Of a DNA stretch of 64,000 bases, positions 27,269-35,778 are shown piece after piece. Every line of letters starts with the position of its first letter. Positions within the stretch are counted from its first letter, which is position 1. The DNA comes from an uncultured Saprospiraceae bacterium (lineage in GTDB: Bacteria > Bacteroidota > Bacteroidia > Chitinophagales > Saprospiraceae): positions 73,481 through 137,480 of the forward strand of contig CAYTNG010000008.1 in the NCBI GenBank assembly GCA_964439105.1, read 5' to 3'. Under the pieces are notes generated by a model. That model was not told where the DNA came from. It searched no databases and saw nothing but the letters and a program-made list of their open reading frames with translations. A program made the position numbers and the translations under genes.

Positions 27269-29923
27269 TTAACGATTTGGGATGTCTTCGTCCCTCTTAA
27301 AAAAGTAGAGCTGCTTGGCTTCATCCTCTTTATATTTCTGGACAAGTTCAAGTGCATCCGGTACGACATCGCTGCAGATTACTATTAATGATCCCTCCTT
27401 TGCATGTTCGATGGCATGTGCGATCGCATCCTTCTCATTTTTGATCACTTTTAGCTCTTTTAATGGTTTCACCTGCTGGATCCCGGCACTGAGCATTTCG
27501 ATGATCTCTTTATCGGTTTTGCCCCTTAGATTTTTATCCTGGCGTATGATGATTTCATCAAACATTTCTGCAGCCACCTTGCCGATTCCTTCATTGTCCT
27601 CTTGTCTTCGGTCGCCTATTCCGGCTATGATGCCGACTTTATGCGTTGCGTCGATTTTATCTATGAATTTCTTAAGTGCCTGCAAACCTGCTGGATTATG
27701 AGCATAATCCAACATCACAGTGAAGTTTTTGAACTCAAATAAGTTCAGACGCCCCGGAGTCTGAGCGGGGGAAGGGATAAAGGTTTCGAGTGCAGTCCGG
27801 ATATCGTCCAGCTCAAAACCGTTAAAATAGCCGGTCAGAACTGCCGGTAAAATATTTTGAATCATAAAGCTCGCACGGCCACCAAATGTGAGGGGCACAT
27901 TTACCGCTTTAATAATCCGCAATTTCCATTCTCCCTTACAGATTGTAATGAAACCATTTTCGTACAAGGCACAAATGCCATTATTCTTCATGTGCCTGCG
28001 AATCCGGGGATTGGTCTCGTCCATCGAAAACAATGCAATCTTACACTGCAATTTTTCTCGCATGGTAAATACCAGATCATCATCGGCATTCAATATGGCA
28101 TGCCCCTCCGGCAGTACGGACTCGACGACAACCGATTTCACTTTGGCAAGTTGTTCCAATGTATGGATACCTTTGAGGCCTAAATGGTCCGGTGCCACAT
28201 TTGTCACGACCGCAATATTGCAGTTTTGAAAACCCAGTCCTGCCCTTAAAATACCTCCGCGGGCTGTCTCAAAGACTGCAAAATTTACAGTGGGATCCTT
28301 CAATACAAATTCTGCGCTGCCCGGTCCGGAACAATCTCCTTTCATCATGAGGTGATTTTGGATATAGATTCCATCCGTTGTCGTATAACCCACGGTTAAA
28401 CCCATCATTTTCGCCATGTGCGCGATCAAACGGGTCGTGGTGGTTTTTCCGTTTGTTCCGGTCACGGCAACTATGGGTATCCGGGTATCCTTTCCCGGAG
28501 GATAGAGCATGTCAATGACCGGCGCAGCGACATTTCGGGGAAGGCCTTCGGCAGGGGCCAAATGCATGCGGAATCCGGGACCTGCATTGACTTCAATTAC
28601 AGCTCCACCTGTTTCGCTTACGGGTTTACTAATATCCGGAGTCAGAAAATCGATTCCACAAATATCCAGCCCGACGATGCGGGAAATGCGCTCCGCCATG
28701 AATACGGTTCCCGGGTGAACCATATCCGTTACGTCAATACTGGTTCCCCCTGTGGACAAATTCGCGGTATCTTTTAGAACGAGAATTTCACCTTTCGCTA
28801 TGACCGTATTCAGCTCATATCCTTTTAACTCAAGAAGCTTGTGTGTGATATCATCTACGTTGATATATGTGAGTACTTTTTCATGGCCATATCCGCGCCG
28901 CGGGTCTGCATTCACCTGATCGATCAACTGTTGCACGGTAGAATGACCATCCCCGGTCACCTGCGCCGGAAGGCGTTTGGCAGCAGCTACCAGTCTGTGG
29001 TTTATCACGAGCAGGCGGTAGTCTTCTCCGGTGATGAACTGCTCTGCAATAACTGAATTTGAAATGCGCTTGGCAAGATGAAAGGCCTCAAGGGCTTGTT
29101 CCCAATTTTGAATATTTGTGGTTACTCCCCGTCCATGGTTGCCATTGATGGGTTTAATGGCCAACGGGTAGCGCAAATAATCTACGGCATCTTTCAATCC
29201 GGATTCTGTGCGTATGATTTCACCCTTAGGTACGGGAATTTCTGCCTGCCCAAGTAAGTATTTTGTGTCCTCTTTGTCACCAGCAATGTCAACGCCAATA
29301 CTGGAGGTCTTACTCGTAACCGTTGCCTGAATGCGACTTTGATTAAAGCCATATCCAAGTTGGCATAAGGAATACTTGTTGAGTCGGATCCAGGGTATCC
29401 CTCTTGCAGCTGCTTCTTCAATAATACTGGCGGTACTGGGCCCAAGGCGCTCGGATTCCCTCAGTTCGCGCATTTCCTGGATGTCTTCAGCCAAAGAATA
29501 ATCCCGTTCATCGACAAGTGCCTGTGCAATGCGAACTGCGGCTTTGGCTGCATACACACCAACTTTTTCTTCCAGATAATCAAATACAACATGATAAACA
29601 CCTTCTTCCCCATAACTTCGGGTTCGGCCAAATCCCACTTCCATACCTGCAAGGCTTTGTATCTCCAGGGCGATGTGTTCAATGACATGACCCATCCAGG
29701 TACCTTCCTCCACCCTTTGGTAAAAGCCGCCGGCCGTTCCGACCGAACAACGGTGTTCATACATGCCTGGCAGCAAAGTCTTTAAACGATCCAGAAAACC
29801 GGGAATGCTATTGGTTGGGCGTTGTTCCAAATCTTCCAGATCCAGTACCATCACGATCAGCTTATGCCTTTTTATGGACCAGTAGTTTGGACCTCTCATG
29901 GTATTGATTTCACGAATTCGCAT
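27269..29923 (-). CDS. cphA: cyanophycin synthetase
   Basis: 884 aa. It has the characteristic N-terminus MRIREINTMRGPNYWS, an ATP-grasp middle domain and a Mur-ligase-like C-terminal domain (VAVTGTNGKTTTTRLIAH). Confidence 0.93.
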   Translation of the reverse strand: MRIREINTMRGPNYWSIKRHKLIVMVLDLEDLEQRPTNSIPGFLDRLKTLLPGMYEHRCSVGTAGGFYQRVEEGTWMGHVIEHIALEIQSLAGMEVGFGRTRSYGEEGVYHVVFDYLEEKVGVYAAKAAVRIAQALVDERDYSLAEDIQEMRELRESERLGPSTASIIEEAAARGIPWIRLNKYSLCQLGYGFNQSRIQATVTSKTSSIGVDIAGDKEDTKYLLGQAEIPVPKGEIIRTESGLKDAVDYLRYPLAIKPINGNHGRGVTTNIQNWEQALEAFHLAKRISNSVIAEQFITGEDYRLLVINHRLVAAAKRLPAQVTGDGHSTVQQLIDQVNADPRRGYGHEKVLTYINVDDITHKLLELKGYELNTVIAKGEILVLKDTANLSTGGTSIDVTDMVHPGTVFMAERISRIVGLDICGIDFLTPDISKPVSETGGAVIEVNAGPGFRMHLAPAEGLPRNVAAPVIDMLYPPGKDTRIPIVAVTGTNGKTTTTRLIAHMAKMMGLTVGYTTTDGIYIQNHLMMKGDCSGPGSAEFVLKDPTVNFAVFETARGGILRAGLGFQNCNIAVVTNVAPDHLGLKGIHTLEQLAKVKSVVVESVLPEGHAILNADDDLVFTMREKLQCKIALFSMDETNPRIRRHMKNNGICALYENGFITICKGEWKLRIIKAVNVPLTFGGRASFMIQNILPAVLTGYFNGFELDDIRTALETFIPSPAQTPGRLNLFEFKNFTVMLDYAHNPAGLQALKKFIDKIDATHKVGIIAGIGDRRQEDNEGIGKVAAEMFDEIIIRQDKNLRGKTDKEIIEMLSAGIQQVKPLKELKVIKNEKDAIAHAIEHAKEGSLIVICSDVVPDALELVQKYKEDEAKQLYFFKRDEDIPNR

Positions 29924-30060
29924 ATGTTTCTTATTTGGGCTTTAAGGTAATGAAATTAATGAATGCTGCACAGGGCGCTGAAATCACAAAAAGATTATTG
30001 GAAAATGCATCAGCTGATCTTTCAATTCAGCAAATGTTGCTTCCATTGCCGGTATTCCCA

Positions 30061-30068
30061 TAGCTTTG
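30061..30068 (+). promoter_or_regulatory. -7 box TAGCTTTG upstream of cphB
   Basis: Exact match, 23 nt upstream of ATG 30091. Confidence 0.4.
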
Positions 30069-30090
30069 CCCCCTTGAAAAAGAGGACCGG

Positions 30091-30960
30091 ATGGACTATA
30101 AAGGAACGTTGATACCAATTGGAGGAAATGAGGATAAAGGAACTGGCCTTAATGAAATGTACACCCTGGATTTCATTCATAAGGGCATCCTGTCCCGCGT
30201 TGTGAAAGAAAGTGGAGGCGAACATGCAGAGATAATGGTCATTACAAGCGCCTCCTCCATTCCTGAGGAGGTTGGAGAAAACTACCTGAACGCCTTCCAT
30301 GCCCTTGGCTGCCACAAAGTGCAGATAGTGGACATCCGGAAACGGTCGGAATCCCAATCCCGCCGGGTTTTACAACAAATCGAAAAGGCAGATTGTCTCA
30401 TGTATTCAGGAGGAGACCAATCCAAAATAGTAAAATTTATGGGCGAAACACTTGCCCATCAGTTGATCCGCGATAAACTCATACAGTCCCATTTCGTTTT
30501 GGCAGGTACAAGCGCGGGTGCCATGTCCATGTCACTTCAGATGATCTCAGGCGGTGGCGTCGCAGATACCATGCTGAAAGGGAGTGTGCGCATGGCCCGC
30601 GGTATGGGTTTCCTCGAACAGGTCATCATTGACAGTCATTTTATACAGCGGGGTCGATTCGGCCGATTGGCGGAGGCAGTCGCGCGATTTCCGGCAAACT
30701 TGGGGGTTGGACTTGCCGAAGATACAGGTCTTGTCATTCGAAAGGGAAACAATTGCGAGGTTATAGGTTCGGGAATGGTTGTGCTTTTCGATGCCCGAAA
30801 TCTGAGTCACAACCGGTATCTGGATCTGAGTCTGGGGACGCCCATGTCCTTATCCAATCTCACAACGCACATCCTGGCCGATGGAGACCGTTTTAGCATC
30901 CGGGAACGAAGTCTGAAAATATTTCCAATAGACAACAAGCCTGCAGTGAACAATCCCTGA
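30091..30960 (+). CDS. cphB: cyanophycinase (peptidase S51)
   Basis: LIPIGGNEDK, YSGGDQ and the nucleophile motif LAGTSAGAMSM. It is divergent from cphA. The TAGCTTTG box lies 23 nt upstream. Confidence 0.88.
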   Translation: MDYKGTLIPIGGNEDKGTGLNEMYTLDFIHKGILSRVVKESGGEHAEIMVITSASSIPEEVGENYLNAFHALGCHKVQIVDIRKRSESQSRRVLQQIEKADCLMYSGGDQSKIVKFMGETLAHQLIRDKLIQSHFVLAGTSAGAMSMSLQMISGGGVADTMLKGSVRMARGMGFLEQVIIDSHFIQRGRFGRLAEAVARFPANLGVGLAEDTGLVIRKGNNCEVIGSGMVVLFDARNLSHNRYLDLSLGTPMSLSNLTTHILADGDRFSIRERSLKIFPIDNKPAVNNP

Positions 30961-31230
30961 TGGAGATTCGGAATTACACGGATATAGAATATCCAAACTG
31001 TTATTGGTAAGCGCCTTAAACGAAACAACACATCTTCAGGAAAATATTCTATTCAGATCTCAGACCAGATACAGGTTTAAAATGGTATGTATTTCTGGAA
31101 AAAATCATTGATACAAGTTCCGCCGTTGAAATAAACAAAGAATGGAGTTGTAATTTAAATCTTCAAAAGTCTTTTTCATTCACTTGACTTAGGCGCGGGT
31201 GAAGAAAATCTTATCATTTTGAAGCTTCGC

Positions 31231-32277
31231 CTATTCAGGCGATTTTTGTGAAAACATCGGCGAAAACAGCTGTTCAGCTCCGGCGGCAATCCAAATTGCA
31301 AGAACAGGAAAAGACAGAAAATACATGCGGCCCAGATCGGCAGAAAGCAAAGCCTGGACAATTACAATCAATAGAAAGCAAACCATCCACTGAAGATGTT
31401 TCCGGATGGAGTCAAGAAAGGAGCATCGATTCATCATGCAAGCCAGAAAGGGTATAAAGATCCAGAATCCGCATACCGAGAAAATTTCGTACAAACCGTG
31501 AAAACTGAACATCCGTTGAAGGGAAGAGGGTAGGGTTTCAATACTGGAAAAATCCTTACGAATGTTTGTTAGCATATCGAATCCTGTAAGTGCATCATAA
31601 ACATAGCGAAAGCTGAACACGAGGATTCCGGAAAGGCCAAGATAAATGAAAGTGCGCCATCTTCCCAGACCTTTTAAAACAAACAGGAGGGGTACGAAAA
31701 AAATGTAGGACTCTTTGGCCCAGGGACCTGCAAAAATTCCGGCAAGCATCCAGCCGGTGCGCATGCTCAGAAATCCATAAAGTGTCGCGATGATACTAAA
31801 ATAAAAAAGGCTGTCCACAAGAGGCAATGCAGTGAGCTCAATGGTCCAGCGACAAGTCAGAAAGGCGAGGAGTGCTGTCCCGGAAGCTATCTTACTGAAT
31901 TTTAGGAATCTGCAAAGTTTGTACATCAGGAATGAAGAGGCTGTCATGAAAATCGCGTTGACAAGCAGAAAGGACATGCAAAGCGAAAAATCTCCTGAAA
32001 AGCTCCAGGGCCGCATGTTTTCGATTAGAGGCCCAAAAACCAGTTGGACCAGATGTGCAAGCATTGGGATCAAAATGCGGTAACGCCGTATCGGACTTTG
32101 ATCAAAATCAAACTGACTGAGGGACAGATAGGTTTGTATGTCGGGAGATTGTTCGAGAGGAAAGTAGATCAGCAAAAGGAATCCAAGTTGAAATAGAAGC
32201 GTCCAACTGACGAAAACAACCAGGGCATCCTCATGCTTTAGAAATTTCAGTAAACGAGTCTGTATTGAATTCACCAC
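31231..32277 (-). CDS. polytopic membrane protein of unknown function (start uncertain)
   Basis: The maximal ORF 31231..32433 would overlap the divergent methyltransferase gene and its promoter box by about 100 nt. I chose the in-frame GTG at 32277, just before the first TM segment. Many hydrophobic segments. Confidence 0.4.
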   Translation of the reverse strand: MVNSIQTRLLKFLKHEDALVVFVSWTLLFQLGFLLLIYFPLEQSPDIQTYLSLSQFDFDQSPIRRYRILIPMLAHLVQLVFGPLIENMRPWSFSGDFSLCMSFLLVNAIFMTASSFLMYKLCRFLKFSKIASGTALLAFLTCRWTIELTALPLVDSLFYFSIIATLYGFLSMRTGWMLAGIFAGPWAKESYIFFVPLLFVLKGLGRWRTFIYLGLSGILVFSFRYVYDALTGFDMLTNIRKDFSSIETLPSSLQRMFSFHGLYEIFSVCGFWIFIPFLACMMNRCSFLDSIRKHLQWMVCFLLIVIVQALLSADLGRMYFLSFPVLAIWIAAGAEQLFSPMFSQKSPE

Positions 32278-32300
32278 ACGGGCAAAAGTAATAAACTCTG

Positions 32301-32308
32301 TATCTTTG
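32301..32308 (+). promoter_or_regulatory. -7 box TATCTTTG upstream of methyltransferase
   Basis: Exact match, 20 nt upstream of ATG 32328. Confidence 0.4.
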
Positions 32309-32327
32309 ACAGCTCTAAAGAAGATCC

Positions 32328-33110
32328 ATGGACCTTTTACATAAATTATATACGGCTGAGCGTGCAGATGAGAATGCGGTTTCTGATCAGCCTGTCTACA
32401 TGCGCCAGTTGTTTGCATACGAACAGGCAGCAAAGGAAGTGTCGGGAACTGTATTGGAAATCGGCTGCGGGGAAGGCTATGGCATCAAGCATCTTGCACC
32501 GCATGCAAACCGGTATGTAGCGATTGACAAACACATTCCGGTAAACCAGCAGAATTTTAAAAATGTTGAGTTTATTCAGATGGAAGTCCCCTGGCTCACC
32601 GGCCTTGAAACAGACCAGTTTGATACGGTCATTTGCTTTCAGCTGATTGAGCATATACAGGATGACCGGAGTTTACTTTCTGAGATCTACCGCGTCCTGA
32701 AACCCGGCGGGAAACTGTTACTGACCACTCCCAATAAGGAGATGTCACTGAGTAGAAATCCCTATCATATGAGGGAATACAAGACTTCTGAATTTCGTAC
32801 CTTGATAGGTAGCTATTTTGACCCTTCCAAAGTTTATTTTGGTGGCGTCTATGGAGATGAAAAAGTGATGACCTATCATGAAAAAAATCGCGCCTCCGTC
32901 GAAAAATTCAGAAAATGGGACATCCTCGGACTTGAAAAAAAGCTTCCCGCATCTTGGTTTAAACTTCCCTATGATCTTTTGAACCGGATGAATCGAAAAG
33001 GCCTGAAATCCCAAAACGATGCACTGGTTCTATCTATTCACACGTCCAACTATTTTATTAAAGAAATGGATGGAAAACAACTTGACTTCTATTGCAGAGC
33101 GGTGAAATAA
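32328..33110 (+). CDS. class I SAM-dependent methyltransferase
   Basis: Motif I VLEIGCGEGYG, motif post-I VAIDK, and LKPGGKLLLTTPN. The TATCTTTG box lies 20 nt upstream. Confidence 0.85.
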   Translation: MDLLHKLYTAERADENAVSDQPVYMRQLFAYEQAAKEVSGTVLEIGCGEGYGIKHLAPHANRYVAIDKHIPVNQQNFKNVEFIQMEVPWLTGLETDQFDTVICFQLIEHIQDDRSLLSEIYRVLKPGGKLLLTTPNKEMSLSRNPYHMREYKTSEFRTLIGSYFDPSKVYFGGVYGDEKVMTYHEKNRASVEKFRKWDILGLEKKLPASWFKLPYDLLNRMNRKGLKSQNDALVLSIHTSNYFIKEMDGKQLDFYCRAVK

Positions 33111-33111
33111 T

Positions 33112-33136
33112 CTGTTTTTCGGAAAACAGGTTTTTC
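33112..33136 (+). terminator. intrinsic terminator after the methyltransferase gene
   Basis: ctgtttt-tcgg-aaaacag (7-bp stem, tetraloop) followed by gTTTTTct, starting 2 nt after the stop codon. Confidence 0.6.
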
Positions 33137-33163
33137 TGCTCTAAAGGCGTTTATCAAAAAATT

Positions 33164-33388
33164 TTATATCCTGCTTTTTTGTATGTTGGATTTCTCCATG
33201 GAATTTCCAAACCGTGCCATGCAAAGAAAACATGTATGTAAATTTCGTTCCTCCTGCCATTGAATTATTTGTTTTTCCATTGGCTGAAGGGATTGTGTTT
33301 TGCATTCATTCGAACAGCATTCCATGATGCATAAGGCATTCTCCAATCTTAAAATGAGCATTCTCATTTCCTGCAGGATCTGAAACAC
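33164..33388 (-). CDS. possible small Cys-rich protein (74 aa), doubtful
   Basis: It is the only ORF of 60 aa or more lying wholly inside a 495-nt convergent spacer. It contains seven Cys (CIMECCSNEC ... HTCFLC). There is no promoter box or known motif. Confidence 0.15.
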   Translation of the reverse strand: MFQILQEMRMLILRLENALCIMECCSNECKTQSLQPMEKQIIQWQEERNLHTCFLCMARFGNSMEKSNIQKSRI

Positions 33389-33605
33389 AATTGGAGGGGA
33401 AACGGTCTCATGTGAATTCGTAGATTGCTCCCAGGATTTCTTAAGTTTTTGGATTGCGAATCAGGTGTTAGTTTTTGTACGGAATTAAAATTAGAATATT
33501 CGGCGTTATATGCTCAGTTCCTGTCTACTCCGGCCTATCAGTATGAAATGAATGCAATGGTAATTTGCGAAGAATTAAATACGGAATTTGCAGAAACAGA
33601 CTGTA

Positions 33606-34649
33606 TCAGAAATGTGTCCAACCCTGTGCTTTTAATGTATGGAAATTTCCTCCGGTAGTTTTTAATTTGATTCCGTTTTCTTTTTCTGTACACACACCGA
33701 TATATGAAAAACCGGGGAGGTATTGAATTTTTTTTGCTTCCTCGGGAGAGACAGCCATCAATAGTTCGTAATCTTCACCTCCGTTGAGCGCACAGGTTAC
33801 AGGATCTAAATTAAATTTCAATGCAAGTAATTTGGCTTCCTGATGCATGGGGATCAGGCTCTCATCGATCTCTGCTCCAACTCCGCTTTGCGTGCAGATG
33901 TGCATGAGGTCCGAGGATAATCCATCCGAAAGATCGATCATGGCATTTGGAACAACTCCGGATTTTTCAAGCCATAAGACGGTGTCTTTCCGGGCCTCTG
34001 GTTTAAGGAACCTTCCAACAGCATACTTTTGATCTTCCAGGTCTGGTTGGATGCCTGGATTTTCCATGAAAATTTGTTTTTCACGTTCTAACAGTTGTAA
34101 GCCTAAAAATGCGCCGCCCAGATCTCCCGTGACAAAAAGATAGTCCCCTGGTTTGGCCCCATTGCGGTAACTTATTTTGTTTTCATCCTGCTGGCCGATT
34201 GCAGTGATTGAAATGACCAGACCACGCAGAGAGGAACAGGTATCCCCTCCTATCAGGTCCAGCTGATATTCTTTGCATGCATGATGAATGCCTTCATACA
34301 ATAATTCAATTGCTTCGATGGAGAAGCGGTTGGATACGGCAATGGAAACAGTAATCTGAGAGCAAAGTGCATTCATCGCACACAGGTCTGATACATTTGT
34401 GACAACCGCCTTATAGCCCAGGTGTTTAAGAGGGAAATAGGCCAGGTCAAAATGTACACCCTCAATCATCATATCCGTACTGACCAGTGTACAGGCTTTT
34501 TCATTGCGCAGAACTGCGGCATCGTCACCGACTGATTTCAGCGTCTGCGCATGCTGTACTTCGAAAGGGCGGGTTAACCTTTCTATTAAACCGAATTCTC
34601 CAAGTGCGTTGATTTCAGTACGTGGAACGGATTCCGGATTTGAGCTCAT
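33606..34649 (-). CDS. thiL: thiamine-monophosphate kinase
   Basis: LGEFGLIERL...VGDDAAVL N-terminal signature and AIR-synthase-like fold motifs. The ATG at 34649 overlaps the rluA-family stop in an ATGA junction. Confidence 0.85.
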   Translation of the reverse strand: MSSNPESVPRTEINALGEFGLIERLTRPFEVQHAQTLKSVGDDAAVLRNEKACTLVSTDMMIEGVHFDLAYFPLKHLGYKAVVTNVSDLCAMNALCSQITVSIAVSNRFSIEAIELLYEGIHHACKEYQLDLIGGDTCSSLRGLVISITAIGQQDENKISYRNGAKPGDYLFVTGDLGGAFLGLQLLEREKQIFMENPGIQPDLEDQKYAVGRFLKPEARKDTVLWLEKSGVVPNAMIDLSDGLSSDLMHICTQSGVGAEIDESLIPMHQEAKLLALKFNLDPVTCALNGGEDYELLMAVSPEEAKKIQYLPGFSYIGVCTEKENGIKLKTTGGNFHTLKAQGWTHF

Positions 34650-35350
34650 AGGCTTTCTATTTCTTTTTGTACAAGTGGCCACAATTGCGTTTGTGGCAGG
34701 GGTGCTGTGAAATGAAGAGGTTTACCTGTGCTGGGATGTGTACATTCAAGCTGCCAGGCATGCAAACCAATAGACCGATCAGGGCTTCCTCTGCGCGCAC
34801 CGTATTTGACATCAGCACGGATAGGGGTACCCAGGTGGGACAGCTGGGCTCTGATTTGATGGAATCTGCCTGTTTGAATTTTGATTTCAAGAAGCAGGTA
34901 ATGGTCAAAGTGCTTAAGGACCTTGTAGGAAAGCTCACAATATTTTCCTTCTTCACCTGCTTTTACCTTGCTTTTGTGTTGAGTCCTGGATTTTACAATC
35001 TGGTCTTTTAATACCCCGCTTTCAGGGATGTCTTTTTTTTCGACCAATGCGAGATAGGTTTTTTGCATCCGGTGGTGCATCATTTCTGCCTGCAGCTTCG
35101 CAAGTGCTTCCGGACTTTTAGCAAACAGCACGATCCCTGAAACCGGGCGATCTACCCGATTCAGCAACCACAGATCATGTTTGCAATACGCCTGCAACAT
35201 GCGATGAAGTGAAACATCCTGGGATTTGTCTTCCTGAACAGGAATGCAAGGCGGTTTATTCGCCACCAGGATATGGTGATCCTGAAACAGAATGTAATCG
35301 CGAACGGAACCCAAAGTAAGAACCGGATTAGTTGATCTCCTCGTAATCAC
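34646..35350 (-). CDS. RluA-family pseudouridine synthase
   Basis: ILVANKPPCIPV, catalytic-Asp motif LNRVDRPVSGIVLFAK, and GRFHQIRAQLSHLGTPIRADVKYG. GTG start at 35350. Confidence 0.85.
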   Translation of the reverse strand: MITRRSTNPVLTLGSVRDYILFQDHHILVANKPPCIPVQEDKSQDVSLHRMLQAYCKHDLWLLNRVDRPVSGIVLFAKSPEALAKLQAEMMHHRMQKTYLALVEKKDIPESGVLKDQIVKSRTQHKSKVKAGEEGKYCELSYKVLKHFDHYLLLEIKIQTGRFHQIRAQLSHLGTPIRADVKYGARRGSPDRSIGLHAWQLECTHPSTGKPLHFTAPLPQTQLWPLVQKEIESL

Positions 35351-35778
35351 TGTACTTTTTGTTGTTCTTCATTTCTTTCTTTGGGGCGATGATGATGATT
35401 TTGTCTTTCAAAAACAATGTGTAGAGGGCATAAACAGCCAATGCAAAGACAACCAGTCGGATCATATTTGTATTTCTTAAAAGGAACATCAAAGCTAATT
35501 CCTTCGTTCCACATTATTCTTTTATTCATCCGGAATCTGAATGAACGGGCAAATGGAAAAATAGAATCTGAGGTCTTTTAAGGAGGCCGGAATGGCCAAA
35601 AGTTATATGCATTTCAGAAATGTCTTCCCATACCACCGGATGCCATTATTGCGTTAGATACACTTGAATTTGTGAATTCAGAACCGAGCAAAAAGTCTTA
35701 GGTATTGATTACTTTTACATGCAGAATAATTAATATATATAAAGCATTAATTTATAAATAACTGATTATATTATATTT

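Noticed and set aside
33425-33658. 77-aa plus-strand ORF with a TTG start, overlapping the thiL 3' end
   Set aside because: It has a non-ATG start, no promoter box, and overlaps a confident gene by about 50 nt on the opposite strand.
35347-35529. Listed 60-aa ORF upstream of the rluA-family gene
   Set aside because: The product (Cys/His-rich, no hydrophobic core) is less convincing than the 45-codon TM ORF in the other frame. Neither is proven.
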